Shown one piece after another: positions 1 through 10,752 of a stretch of 57,967 nt of DNA. The notes beneath the pieces were generated by a model that worked only from the letters and a program-made list of their open reading frames with translations, was not told the origin of the DNA and did no database searches. A program made the translations under genes and the position numbers. Source of the DNA: a virus (lineage: Duplodnaviria; Caudoviricetes); IMG/VR virus record IMGVR_UViG_3300037721_000035, positions 1-57,967 of that record; one strand, given 5' to 3'. Positions within the stretch are counted from its first letter, which is position 1; the number at the start of each line of letters is the position of its first letter.

Positions 1-127
1 CCGGTTGGCTTTTAATCAGGCATATGGTAAAAGTCAGGGGGAAATTTTAGCTAATGAGAAAGAGTTACTACTTGCCAGGCAATTAGCAAACAGCGAAAAG
101 TTTTTTGCAACCGGTGGGTTTACCGCG
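1..127. repeat. Terminal 127-bp overlap, identical to 57841-57967 (circular assembly)
   Basis: Exact match of ccggttggct...taccgcg at both ends; the TMP reading frame continues across the junction. Confidence 0.97.
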
Positions 128-2167
128 GCCGATAAATTAAAAAATGATCTACAAGATGCCACCCGCGCATATACCGAATTTATTAATGCGCAAACCAATG
201 CGGGGAAAGATCAAAAATTGAATGAAGCAGACTATAACGCCCAAAAGGATTTATTACAATCCCGGTTAGATCTACTGAAAGAAAACTACTCAGAACAAAA
301 ACAGGTAGTTGATGATTATGTAAATTACAATAATGATATAACTGCAAAAGAATTACAGATAGATCGACTCAATGCCGATGAAAGAAGGAAACTTACTTTA
401 GAAACTGCAACCATAACCGCCAATGCGCAGATTGATGCTAATAACCGGGGTTTAGAAAATGACCGGGCTACGCTATCGCAACGGATACAATTGTTGCAAA
501 GCAATGCAGAACAACAAAAGAAGATCGCACAGGCCCAAAATAAAAGTATCCAAAACGATCCCGGCGTTTCAAAGAATGATAAGAACATTGCAAGAAAACA
601 GTTAAAAGCAACCGAAACTAAAATTGAAAAAGACGGGGAAGAAGCTATAAGAAAGTTAAAAGAAGATTACAGGCGCCGGGATGTACAGGCTGAATTTACT
701 AGCGCTAAAACGGTAATCGAAACCAGGATGAAAGCAAGCGACGATATAAAGAATAACGAAAACAGATCGTTAGAAGATCGTTTATTTGCGGCGTATGACT
801 TCCTGCAAGCGCAGGAAACGATTATACAAGGCGAAGCTAATTTACAATTACAAACGGCCGGGCTGACCGCTACAGAACGTAAGGCCATAGAAGATGAAGC
901 GAATGCTAAAATCTTAGAATCTAGGGTGCAGTTTTCAAAAGACATAAACGCGATTACATTACAGGATCTGGAAAAGCAAGGGGAAAACCGTCTGTCAATA
1001 GCCGATAAAGAGAATTCGGAAGCTATTCTTAAATTGAATGAACAACTTTCGACAGGCTTAATAACCTACAAACAATACCATGAAGAAAGATTAAAATTAG
1101 AAAATCAATTCGGAGCACTGAGTTTAGCGATCCAAATTGAAAATATTCAAAAGGTTATAGAAGAATATAAAAAACAGGGTAAGGACACAACACAACTTGA
1201 AACAGATATTGCAAATAAACAGAAAGAAATAAGTGACGGATTAACACAACACCTGATCGAGAATTTAGAGAGAGTACGCGAACGACAAATAGAAATGGCC
1301 GGAGAGTTGACCGATCTATTTGTAACGTTAGATGCAGAAAGTGGGGAAAGGGAAAAAGAAAAAATAGACGCACAAATAGAAGAAATAGAAAAACGTAAGG
1401 AAAGGGAAACCGCCTTTGTCGAACAAACTATCCAGAACGAACAGGCCAAAGCCGAAGCGCTTACGGTTATAGATCAGAAAGCACAACGTGATAAACAAGT
1501 ATTAGCTGACCGACAGAAAAAAATAGATGCAGATAAAGCACGTACCGATAAGTTAGTTGCCGTCGGTAAAATCGCAGGGGATACCGCACAAGCGGTATTC
1601 AGATTATCAGCTGATGCGGCAGCTGCAAAAGCTCAGGGGGCATTGTTGGCATCCAACCCGGCTACCGCTGTATGGGCGCCTATTGCATACGCAGCCGCTG
1701 CAAGCATAGCAACACAAATACCTTTGGTAATTGGTTTAGGCGCCGTACAAGCAGCAAAAGTATTAGCCGTGAAAGCATTCAGGTACGGGGGTACGACAAC
1801 AGAAGATGGAACCGTATTAGTTGGAGATGGTTTCCAATCGGAGTTTGGTGTAACGAAAGATGGCCGGGTGATTAAAACACCTCCCGTTCCAACGCTTATG
1901 AATATGGAAGCCGACACAACAATTTACCCTAATCAAAAATCCCTCGAAGCGGCTATACTTCAGGATGTACACAGCGGACCGGTATTAACTGATACAGGTA
2001 CGCATTTCCGATATATGACCGAAAAACTAGGTGGGAAAATAGATAACGTTGGTAAGATAATTAAACGCAAGAAAGAAACACACATAAACCTGCCAAAGCA
2101 GGGATGGGAGATAATGACCCGATCAGGAGGTAATACGTATGAATATCTAAACCGGAATTTAAAGTAA
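1..2167 (+). CDS. Tape measure protein, 3' part (continues from 56219 across the circular junction; about 1262 aa total)
   Basis: Long Ala/Glu/Lys/Gln-rich helical ORF in frame with the 56219 ORF (1626 nt offset to position 5); hydrophobic segment and FRYGG motif near the C-terminus; followed by tail genes. Confidence 0.88.
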   Translation, partial: RLAFNQAYGKSQGEILANEKELLLARQLANSEKFFATGGFTAADKLKNDLQDATRAYTEFINAQTNAGKDQKLNEADYNAQKDLLQSRLDLLKENYSEQKQVVDDYVNYNNDITAKELQIDRLNADERRKLTLETATITANAQIDANNRGLENDRATLSQRIQLLQSNAEQQKKIAQAQNKSIQNDPGVSKNDKNIARKQLKATETKIEKDGEEAIRKLKEDYRRRDVQAEFTSAKTVIETRMKASDDIKNNENRSLEDRLFAAYDFLQAQETIIQGEANLQLQTAGLTATERKAIEDEANAKILESRVQFSKDINAITLQDLEKQGENRLSIADKENSEAILKLNEQLSTGLITYKQYHEERLKLENQFGALSLAIQIENIQKVIEEYKKQGKDTTQLETDIANKQKEISDGLTQHLIENLERVRERQIEMAGELTDLFVTLDAESGEREKEKIDAQIEEIEKRKERETAFVEQTIQNEQAKAEALTVIDQKAQRDKQVLADRQKKIDADKARTDKLVAVGKIAGDTAQAVFRLSADAAAAKAQGALLASNPATAVWAPIAYAAAASIATQIPLVIGLGAVQAAKVLAVKAFRYGGTTTEDGTVLVGDGFQSEFGVTKDGRVIKTPPVPTLMNMEADTTIYPNQKSLEAAILQDVHSGPVLTDTGTHFRYMTEKLGGKIDNVGKIIKRKKETHINLPKQGWEIMTRSGGNTYEYLNRNLK

Positions 2168-4314
2168 TGGAAAACAGGGGTTGGTTATATTATCTTTTAA
2201 ATAAAAGTGGACTGAGCTATTATAAAAAAAATGGCATAGTTCAATTAAGCAGTTTACCCAAACCGTTAAAGTACACTTCAGACGGTTGGCAAGATATCAA
2301 TATAGGATGGGAAAGGAGTTTGGAAACGTGGGGTAATAACCGAAATTTTAGTTTACCACAGGGGTTTGTATTGGATGGTGCTGAAATATTAGGGGAGATA
2401 TTCCATACAAAAAATATCGAAGAAACCGTATACCTTCTAATCCAAAAGCAAACGCTGGTTATAACACCAACCGAATATTATTTTTTCTATAAGTATTTTT
2501 ATAAGGGAGAGCTAGACTTAACAACCGCGAAAGATACGGAAACTAAGTTCACCGTTAATATAATGGAAGGCGGGTTAAGTAAATCATATAAAGCTTATGA
2601 ATCTACGAAATTCGAGATCAGCCCGGTGGATGTTAAAATAAAAATGGATGGTTTCCCATTCCGGGGTACCAGAAGATTTGTGGTTATTGAACCAGCATAC
2701 AACCACGCGATTTCTATCGGGGTACAGGAAATGATACCGATGGTGGAAACAAGCAGCGAAGGAAATTTTTTCAATTGGTATTTTAAACCAGAAGCTGCAA
2801 GTACAACGGATGTTGGATATAGTTTTATTACATCCTATGATATCGTTACTGATCCGGACGGGAAAGCGAATGGATCAGTAACGGCTGACTCCGAAGTAGT
2901 GTTTCACATGGAAGGTACCATTCAAAAAAATGTAACCGGAGGTGGACCTTTCGGTAATCGGGTAGGGTTAGACGTTAATGTAACCACAAGTTTAGGTAGA
3001 GATTTTACACTATTCTCTTTGAATCATACATTCGCTTTTCCTGGGGATACCTGGAAATTTTCCGTTGATTCGGCGCTTACGCAAATATTTAAAGACGAAA
3101 AGTTTTATGTATATACCACCCCTAACGCCAATCAAAGTAATAACGTTTGGGAGTGGAAAGACGATGTTCGTTTTGAATACCAAACCAGGGACGTGTATAA
3201 GACAACATTCGTAGACGCTAAAAGAGCGGTTATATTTTATAGTGACCTGGTGGATAAGGTCAGCGGCGTAACGGGGAAAGCGGTAAGTTCATTATTACAA
3301 GCCCATCAAAATTATACAATCACTTCCGGGGATGCTGTTAGAGGTATAGAGAATGCCGTTGTGAAAACGTCCCTTGTTGATTTTAGGAAAGCGTTTGATG
3401 TGGTAGAAACTGCGGGCGTTGGTATTATAAAAGACAAATTATATTTAGAAGAAAAATCTTTTTTTCTTAAGGATGAAAACGTCATCCCACTAGGTCATAT
3501 AAAAAAGCCGGAAATAGAAGAAGCAAAAGAGTTATTAGGTTCTACCTTCAGTATTGGTTATAATCATAATGATTCAGATGACGTAAACGGCAAGCTATCA
3601 TTTAATAACACATCAGTATATACGCTTCCAATAAAAAAAGTAACTACGGGAATTGAGAAGATAACAAACTATATCACCGATCCATATGTAATCGAATTGT
3701 ATCGGGCTAATTTAGAAGGGAAGAAAACAACCGATAACAGTAAGGATAATTCCGTAATAATTTTAAACATAGATTACGATAACCCGCAAACGTTAGCTGA
3801 AGAAACGGACGGCTTACCAGCTGGAACAGTTTATTATAATTTAAAACGAGAAGCATACGACTCCATTACGGGGGTGTTTAATGGTGATAGGCTATACAAC
3901 ATAGCTGATCTAACGCCCGCACGTTTAATGGAAAAACATATGCCGTATTTAAATAGCATTCTCTATAAATTCGAAGGGGAACAAATTGTTTTCCAAACTA
4001 CTGATAAAAATAGAGAATTAAGAACACAGGCAGGGGCAACCATATATGATGAAGATGCAAACTATATTATAGACGGTGTTAACCGATATTTCAAACCGTT
4101 GTTTTTCACCATAACGCCACTAGCCAGTAACGAAATTGTTGAATTGTTGGAAGATAACCCCAACCGGTGTTTTAGTTTTATACACCCTAACGGATTAACC
4201 TACCGGGGATTCAATATTAAAGTAGGTGTGGCCGCGAACGATTTGGAAGAACAGGCGTTTAAGTTACTTGCAGTAGCGGATCAAGATTTGACAACTTTAA
4301 AAAATTGGTACTGA
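2167..4314 (+). CDS. Minor tail protein (hub/baseplate-like), 715 aa
   Basis: Directly after TMP, start overlaps the TMP stop; beta-rich composition. Confidence 0.65.
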   Translation: MENRGWLYYLLNKSGLSYYKKNGIVQLSSLPKPLKYTSDGWQDINIGWERSLETWGNNRNFSLPQGFVLDGAEILGEIFHTKNIEETVYLLIQKQTLVITPTEYYFFYKYFYKGELDLTTAKDTETKFTVNIMEGGLSKSYKAYESTKFEISPVDVKIKMDGFPFRGTRRFVVIEPAYNHAISIGVQEMIPMVETSSEGNFFNWYFKPEAASTTDVGYSFITSYDIVTDPDGKANGSVTADSEVVFHMEGTIQKNVTGGGPFGNRVGLDVNVTTSLGRDFTLFSLNHTFAFPGDTWKFSVDSALTQIFKDEKFYVYTTPNANQSNNVWEWKDDVRFEYQTRDVYKTTFVDAKRAVIFYSDLVDKVSGVTGKAVSSLLQAHQNYTITSGDAVRGIENAVVKTSLVDFRKAFDVVETAGVGIIKDKLYLEEKSFFLKDENVIPLGHIKKPEIEEAKELLGSTFSIGYNHNDSDDVNGKLSFNNTSVYTLPIKKVTTGIEKITNYITDPYVIELYRANLEGKKTTDNSKDNSVIILNIDYDNPQTLAEETDGLPAGTVYYNLKREAYDSITGVFNGDRLYNIADLTPARLMEKHMPYLNSILYKFEGEQIVFQTTDKNRELRTQAGATIYDEDANYIIDGVNRYFKPLFFTITPLASNEIVELLEDNPNRCFSFIHPNGLTYRGFNIKVGVAANDLEEQAFKLLAVADQDLTTLKNWY

Positions 4315-5246
4315 TGGGTAGAATAATATTGCCGTTTGCAAATCCTGTGAATTTAATTGAGGCGTCCCCGGTGGAACTACCCCAATACGTTAGTAAATTT
4401 ATCGATCAGTACAGATGGTTCGAAAGGTTGTCCCCGCAACAACAATCGATAAAACCTTTTTACCAACCGTTCCAAAATTCCGACGTTATATCAACCCAAT
4501 TTCAAAGTAACGTTGGCGTGGCAAGTATATACTTAAGGAATTGTAAAGGACACATAATTGACAGTTTTGTTGCAACACAAAAACAGCGAAACAAATATGA
4601 TATAGATTATTATATTTATGAATCACATATAGCGGGGACTCCTTACCCGCCTGGTGTTTATTTTTTAACGTATTCTTTCGGTGATGTAACAACGCTTATT
4701 TCAGAACCTTTCCAAATAAAAGAAATACACGATAACAGTTTACTGTTTCAATATAAGCACAGACATTTCAAAGGGAAGATGATTTACGAAACCGGTATTG
4801 AACCGTGGATAAGGGTTACCGGTTATTTGAAAAAAGGAACTCCGGTTAGTAAAGACACCATGTATGAGGATCAGGTGTTAGATATGACACTGATCAAAAG
4901 CACACCCTACCGATTATTTGTTTTAACGTTGGAACAGATACCGGATTGGATGGCTGAGATTTTTAATGAGATATTGGGGTGTTCAGATGTGCGAATAGAT
5001 GGCCGATACTTTACTAAAAACGGAGACGATGCGAAATTTGAAAAAGACATAGAATCTTATTATGGAGCGTTAGCAAACTATACAATAGAATTAAGAGAGA
5101 GTATAAACCGAAATGCTAAGATCATCGGTGTTGATGAAAACACGAATGAGGAAGTAACTATAATGTTGAATGTTGATAGCAAAGGTTTCGCTGACACATC
5201 GGAAGAAGCAAGCAGCAGCGTGGTAACATTTGTTGATGTAGAATAA
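4314..5246 (+). CDS. Minor tail protein
   Basis: TGATG coupling to the previous gene; position in tail module. Confidence 0.55.
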   Translation: MGRIILPFANPVNLIEASPVELPQYVSKFIDQYRWFERLSPQQQSIKPFYQPFQNSDVISTQFQSNVGVASIYLRNCKGHIIDSFVATQKQRNKYDIDYYIYESHIAGTPYPPGVYFLTYSFGDVTTLISEPFQIKEIHDNSLLFQYKHRHFKGKMIYETGIEPWIRVTGYLKKGTPVSKDTMYEDQVLDMTLIKSTPYRLFVLTLEQIPDWMAEIFNEILGCSDVRIDGRYFTKNGDDAKFEKDIESYYGALANYTIELRESINRNAKIIGVDENTNEEVTIMLNVDSKGFADTSEEASSSVVTFVDVE

Positions 5247-5255
5247 TATAAAACA

Positions 5256-6656
5256 ATGGCAAAAATATTTGTATCATATACAATTGTAAGTACCGGTAAC
5301 TGGTTTTTAGTAATTAGAGAACAGGATGCTTTGGCTGAAAAGTATAGAAGCCCGTTACTAGTCCCGCCACACGGTTTGCGAAATGTGGCGGTAGATAATC
5401 TTAACCCGGTCATGCATCAGGTTGAGCTTTGGACTACCCTAGACGGTGTTACCCTGAATACCATGCGCGGCCGGTGTGAAATAGACGCATCTCAGTATTC
5501 AGACGTAGCCTTTGACACTATAACATTTATAGCAGGCAGAGGTTTAGGTGCACCGCACTATGATCCAGCACCAGACCCAAATGACCAATACGACAATGAA
5601 AATTTAGCGGGCGAAGATTACATAGTTTTCAAACCTGGTTTTGGACCGCTTATATGGGATGTGCATATAGAAAAAGTATTGACGGGCGGTTTTAAATACA
5701 TTAACGGGCAAGTGTTTGGAGACGGGGAAGAATACACGTTGATAGTTAATAATGCAACAACTGCACAGGTTACCCAATCAGGTAACGGGTATCCGGAAGG
5801 GGTTGTTGAAATTAATAACAACGTGGATTTATCGGCTGTTCATTATAAAAAGCTTTTAGAAGTAACCGCCTCAATGAACATTACGGTTACCATACCAGAT
5901 ATAGATACCATACCAGATGGTACGGTGTTCGGCGTTAATACGCATAGCCTACCAAATGCAAATTTAAAATACGTAACACTGCAATTACCTGTCGGGAAAT
6001 ACTGCATGGTAAACGGTCAACAGGAAAACGCTGTGTACGTAGGCAGGGCTGAAGAAATAACATTAATAAAGAAAGGGGACTACCTGCGGATTGTTAATTG
6101 GGACGGGGACTATAGACGGGTGGGGCAACGTGCAGACGGGGACGGGGTGGCGCCAACGAACAGTTTACCCCGTACAGGTGGGTGGTATTCACAATCCCAG
6201 TACCCCCGTATTTTCAATTGGCATGTTCTAAAAATACCACTCTCCGAATTAGGTACCGGCCTCGATGATAGTGTGCCGGATGAGGCGAACCGGGCCAGAT
6301 GGATTATCGGCGCTACTAAATTTTGGGTACCTGATCACGGAGGGTACGTTACCAGGGTGTTAGATCCTAATGCAGACGTAGACCCACAAGGGGGTAGCCG
6401 CGTAGCCAATAGTTTACAATTAGATGATAATAAAGAACACAACCACGTTATCGCGCCGTACAACCGGGCTATCGCGCGGGCGTCGGATGTGGACAATACG
6501 AATACCCCCAGCGGGGTTGATAGTTCAAACCCAACAACCGAATATCGGGTAGCTGCAATGGATTTAGCAAAATGGGGGTTAGCTACTATTGTAAATTCAG
6601 GCGGTTCTGAGGCGCGGATGAAGAATGTGGCCGCTGCCGGATACGTAATTATTTAA
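5256..6656 (+). CDS. Tail protein with C-terminal tail-collar / short-fibre domain
   Basis: Collar-type motifs GGWYSQSQYPRIF, FWVPDHGG, SLQLDDNKEHNH, EARMKNVA..YVII. Confidence 0.7.
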   Translation: MAKIFVSYTIVSTGNWFLVIREQDALAEKYRSPLLVPPHGLRNVAVDNLNPVMHQVELWTTLDGVTLNTMRGRCEIDASQYSDVAFDTITFIAGRGLGAPHYDPAPDPNDQYDNENLAGEDYIVFKPGFGPLIWDVHIEKVLTGGFKYINGQVFGDGEEYTLIVNNATTAQVTQSGNGYPEGVVEINNNVDLSAVHYKKLLEVTASMNITVTIPDIDTIPDGTVFGVNTHSLPNANLKYVTLQLPVGKYCMVNGQQENAVYVGRAEEITLIKKGDYLRIVNWDGDYRRVGQRADGDGVAPTNSLPRTGGWYSQSQYPRIFNWHVLKIPLSELGTGLDDSVPDEANRARWIIGATKFWVPDHGGYVTRVLDPNADVDPQGGSRVANSLQLDDNKEHNHVIAPYNRAIARASDVDNTNTPSGVDSSNPTTEYRVAAMDLAKWGLATIVNSGGSEARMKNVAAAGYVII

Positions 6657-6675
6657 ATTGTTTTAATTCAAATCT

Positions 6676-9600
6676 ATGTATAAGTTTCTTTTTTTATTAG
6701 TTGTTAGTTTTACATTTATACAGGCCGGTGCACAGGTAGGGAAACCCCGATCCGCTTTGCAAATAAATACCGCTACCGGGTACGATATGCAAAATTCAGG
6801 TACCAGGGGAATGAATTATATTCCTTTAGATACTTTAAGTAACAGCGATTCAGGCGCAATCGCTTTTAAGAACGGAACCTTTTACGGTAAATACCCAAAA
6901 TGGAAACCGTTAGGCAAAGGTGTTAAGTTAAACGACAGTACTATTATTGTAGGCGGGGATACTATTGTGATAGGCGGAGTCGGTGGCCGTCTTGGTATAG
7001 AAGATGTAACAGGTATACAGGACCGGTATTTAAATATGCAAGGCCACGCGTTGCAAATTGACAGTATAACTGACTTAAATTTAATAACAGCTGTTGCCGG
7101 TACTTCGGGTCAATTAGCACTGAGTAATGTGGCTAAGTTATTTTCTTATGATAATGTCGATGTACATAGCATAACATTATCGCCTACGCTTATGTCTATT
7201 AACGGAAGCACAAGTACCAGCCCGCCCAAAATTTGGGTTCAGGCGTCAGATAGTTTAAAAGTTCCTTCTCCATCGTCTATAGCCGCTTGGCATAATGATA
7301 CACTAAAGGCAGTAAGTATTGCCGACCTAACGGGATTGGTCGGCGGCGGCAGCGGCTCAGGCTTAAACGTCTACAATACAGATAGTACCTTAGCGGACAA
7401 CCGAACTATTACGCAAGCTGGCAGGTACTTAAGATTCCAAGACGGCGTAGACTACACTCAGTTCAACGGGGCACTTCAGACGATCCAACCAGATAGTGCA
7501 GGATCGTACTATATCATCAAAGAAATTAAATGTCCATTTGGTGGTTTACCAGCGGAAGGTATATTAAGCTGGTATGAGGGCATTGGGTTTAATGCGCAGG
7601 CCCCCGGTAGACACAATTACCCACGTATGGAGGGGTGGAATTTAGCGCCAGGCGGCGGAGCTATGGTTAGCGGATTACCGGCTATAGGTAATAGTTATGA
7701 ACCGCATTACTTGCCAGATGTAGGCAGTCCAACATTATGGTTAATGGAAGCCCATGATTTTTATATCGACCCAAACGGTACACAGTGGCGGTTAGAATCT
7801 ACAACAATAAATACAAGAGATAGCAGTTGGAATAGGTATCACGTAATACCTGCATGGTCTTTAAGAAGTACTAACCATACCGACTACTTTTCTTTGTCAA
7901 CTGCCAATAGATCTGACCACACTTCTATAATGGAATTGCAGTCTGGAAACATGACAACAAAGGTTCAACTTATTGCCAATGGCACAGAGGATGCTGTAAA
8001 TTTTAAATCCGTATCAGCGGGCCAATTGCAATTTACTGATTGGCTTAACATAGATTTTGGGAATGGTAACGGATATGATGTAACTAATAATATTTGGGGT
8101 GTTACAAGATTTTCGCAAGGATTCGATATTGTAAGGGCAACAAATCCTTACGGAATTAACTTTAAAAATAGCGCAGGAGGGAGCGCGGACGCATCGTTTA
8201 CGGTTGATGCAAGCACAGGCGAAGTGCGAAACTATGCAGGGGGCGGGTACTATAATTCGTTATACGGCGGCGGTGTAGAGGCATTTAGGGCAAGCACAAC
8301 AGGCAACATGCTTGTCGGGCAAACGACAGATAACGCAGATGGTAAGTTGCAGATAACAGGGGCTACGGTATATAATGGCACAGACGCAAACGCACTACAT
8401 ATAAAAGGCAGTAACGCGGGAAGAAGATCAATAATAATAGATAATTCAGATGCTACTGCCAGTGCTTCCTTATATGTAAGAAATAATAGAGCAAGTTTTG
8501 ACACATATGGCGGGATGCTAACCGGCGGAAGTAGTGACCCAAACACGTTATTTGGATTATCCGTAGCCGATCGGTCGTTTTTATTCCAGGCGGGCGCAAA
8601 TGGTACCGGATTAGCATTAGGCACACTAAACAATCAGGCGTTGTATTTCGGAACCAATGACACCGAACGCATGCGCATCACAGAGGCAGGCGCGATTACC
8701 TTCAATACATCATCCAATTCATACACGTTTCCAGCCGTGCGTCCAGTATCGGGGGAATATTTAGGGTATAATAGTGCCGGTGTGTTAGGGTGGAGTACTC
8801 CACCAGCGGGCACCTCCTACACCTTCACTAATGGGTTAACCGAATCCGCTGGTACTGCGAAGTTAGGCGGCACTCTTACTGAAGCAACTACAATTACATC
8901 TGCGGTAGGCACAAGAACCCTTACCATAAACGGAGCTACTAATTTTGCGGATAACCCATATGGTTTTATAAGATTTACTAATTCCGGAACCAATAGTACC
9001 TTAAGTCTATCGAACACGGGGGGTGCATCGGCGTTAAATGCCAGCTCTACAGGAACCGCAGCTACTGTTATCGGGAACACAGGGGCGGTGATCGGCGGGA
9101 CCGCTGGGCACGGCGCATCTATTTCAAACACGCAGGAAACACCATCGAGCAGCAATGTGCCACTGAACACATACAGGTATACGATTGCTAACAACAACGT
9201 GTTGCCTATCATAACTATTGGAAGACAAACCAGTAATGTTGCGGGTGGGACAACAGGGTTCGGCGGCGCTTTGCAATGGGTTGCACAGGTCGCAGGAGGT
9301 CCAACACAAAAGGAACAGGCTTTAATTTCGTCAGAATGGATTGATCCTACCGATGGTTCGTTAGACGCGGATCTTAGATTTTATACAGTTACAAACAATA
9401 CGAGTACGCAAAAATTGTATATAGCAAATACTGGGGTAATTACTATAAGTAACCTTGCGGGCACTGGAACGAGAATGGTAACGGCTGATGCAAGTGGAAA
9501 CATTAGTGTAGATGATCCGGTTACAAGTTTCGCGAAAGTATTAAAAGGTACCATTAATTGGACACCGGGGGTTGTAGCGGCTGGTAGCAGTACATCTACA

Positions 9601-9795
9601 ACTATAACCGTAACCGGCGCGGCGGTTGGTGACCCTGTAACGGTAAGTAAAAAGTCCGGACAAAGCAATGGCGAAATATATGATGGTCAGGTAACCGCCC
9701 CAAATACAGTTACACTACGAGTTCATAACGTTAGCACAGGTTCGGCTAACTATAGTTCGGCGGCGGATTACAATGTTATCTTGCTAAAGTATTAA
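6676..9795 (+). CDS. Tail-fibre/adhesin-like protein with N-terminal Sec signal peptide, 1039 aa
   Basis: Gly/Thr/Ser/Asn-rich; fibre-type motifs LYFGTNDTERMRIT and TITVTGAAVGD..TAPNTVTLR; N-terminus MYKFLFLLVVSFTFIQAGA|Q. Confidence 0.65.
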   Translation: MYKFLFLLVVSFTFIQAGAQVGKPRSALQINTATGYDMQNSGTRGMNYIPLDTLSNSDSGAIAFKNGTFYGKYPKWKPLGKGVKLNDSTIIVGGDTIVIGGVGGRLGIEDVTGIQDRYLNMQGHALQIDSITDLNLITAVAGTSGQLALSNVAKLFSYDNVDVHSITLSPTLMSINGSTSTSPPKIWVQASDSLKVPSPSSIAAWHNDTLKAVSIADLTGLVGGGSGSGLNVYNTDSTLADNRTITQAGRYLRFQDGVDYTQFNGALQTIQPDSAGSYYIIKEIKCPFGGLPAEGILSWYEGIGFNAQAPGRHNYPRMEGWNLAPGGGAMVSGLPAIGNSYEPHYLPDVGSPTLWLMEAHDFYIDPNGTQWRLESTTINTRDSSWNRYHVIPAWSLRSTNHTDYFSLSTANRSDHTSIMELQSGNMTTKVQLIANGTEDAVNFKSVSAGQLQFTDWLNIDFGNGNGYDVTNNIWGVTRFSQGFDIVRATNPYGINFKNSAGGSADASFTVDASTGEVRNYAGGGYYNSLYGGGVEAFRASTTGNMLVGQTTDNADGKLQITGATVYNGTDANALHIKGSNAGRRSIIIDNSDATASASLYVRNNRASFDTYGGMLTGGSSDPNTLFGLSVADRSFLFQAGANGTGLALGTLNNQALYFGTNDTERMRITEAGAITFNTSSNSYTFPAVRPVSGEYLGYNSAGVLGWSTPPAGTSYTFTNGLTESAGTAKLGGTLTEATTITSAVGTRTLTINGATNFADNPYGFIRFTNSGTNSTLSLSNTGGASALNASSTGTAATVIGNTGAVIGGTAGHGASISNTQETPSSSNVPLNTYRYTIANNNVLPIITIGRQTSNVAGGTTGFGGALQWVAQVAGGPTQKEQALISSEWIDPTDGSLDADLRFYTVTNNTSTQKLYIANTGVITISNLAGTGTRMVTADASGNISVDDPVTSFAKVLKGTINWTPGVVAAGSSTSTTITVTGAAVGDPVTVSKKSGQSNGEIYDGQVTAPNTVTLRVHNVSTGSANYSSAADYNVILLKY

Positions 9796-9797
9796 CA

Positions 9798-10049
9798 ATG
9801 CCAGAAAGCACAATCGAACAGCAAGACAAAACAAGAGCGGGTCAACGGCGTATAAATATAATGTGGGAGGCCACGCAAGGAATAATAGCCGTAGGAATAA
9901 CAGCGGCGAAAATATACTGTAGTGTGCACCAAATAAAAAGCGATGAATTAACAAATGCCTTTTTCCTTATAGTAAGCATGTATTTCGTTAGAACCAATCA
10001 CCATTTAATTGGAGGGGTTGGGGTCAAAGAAAGCAATGAACAGCGGTAA
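9798..10049 (+). CDS. Small 2-TM membrane protein (holin-like candidate)
   Basis: Two hydrophobic segments; first gene after the tail module. Confidence 0.4.
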   Translation: MPESTIEQQDKTRAGQRRINIMWEATQGIIAVGITAAKIYCSVHQIKSDELTNAFFLIVSMYFVRTNHHLIGGVGVKESNEQR

Positions 10050-10139
10050 AATGTATGTAAATAAAATTCTATACTCACATTTTTTGATTTATATTTAACC
10101 TGATTTATGGTAACCTACTGAAAATACATTTAAAATTCA

Positions 10140-10415
10140 ATGGAAAAAACAACAGGAAACAATAAGGCGAATGATTTAAAAATTGTGGCTTTCGATTGGG
10201 TATTTAAAGGGTTGATTGCTGTAGTTTGTTTTTTAGTAAAAGATATGCGCAATGATATAAAATTACTAATGCAAGCTGTGCCATCTTTGCAAGCTAAAGT
10301 GGATTACATAAATGATCAACGGTTGCTTGATAAATTTAGAACATTTCAACTTCTAACTGCAAAACAGGAAGATGAAATAACATATGATTCACTTAAACAA
10401 AAAAACAAAAAATAA
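10140..10415 (+). CDS. Single-TM coiled-coil protein (holin/antiholin-like)
   Basis: One TM segment then a coiled coil; lysis region. Confidence 0.4.
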   Translation: MEKTTGNNKANDLKIVAFDWVFKGLIAVVCFLVKDMRNDIKLLMQAVPSLQAKVDYINDQRLLDKFRTFQLLTAKQEDEITYDSLKQKNKK

Positions 10416-10735
10416 TGGCAACCCAGTTTAGTTCTAAAGGTTTGAGTAGACCCGCGCCTGCCTGGTGGCGTAATTTGGAAAGAGGTTTATTATTAGTTTT
10501 AATTCCCGCAGCCGTAGCGGTGATCAGTACCTGGCAATTCGCCAACGAAATATACGCGTTACGTTTACAATTAATAATTAACGTAGCACTGGTTGCCGTT
10601 ATAAAATTCATTGGGATGATGCTGGTGGATACGGAAGATAACTATGTTTCCAATCTTAGCGAAAGTGATCAAAACAAAATATCTGATGTAAATAATCCAC
10701 CTATAAAGGAAAAACCAGAAAACACAGGTACTTAG
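10415..10735 (+). CDS. Putative holin (2 TM)
   Basis: Two TM helices, polar C-terminal tail, lysis-region context. Confidence 0.5.
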   Translation: MATQFSSKGLSRPAPAWWRNLERGLLLVLIPAAVAVISTWQFANEIYALRLQLIINVALVAVIKFIGMMLVDTEDNYVSNLSESDQNKISDVNNPPIKEKPENTGT

Positions 10736-10752
10736 AATTAAAAATCATTTAT

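Noticed and set aside
1-127. Biological direct terminal repeat
   Set aside because: 127 bp matches a common assembler k-mer overlap and falls in the middle of the TMP gene, so it is most likely an assembly artefact of a circularly permuted genome.
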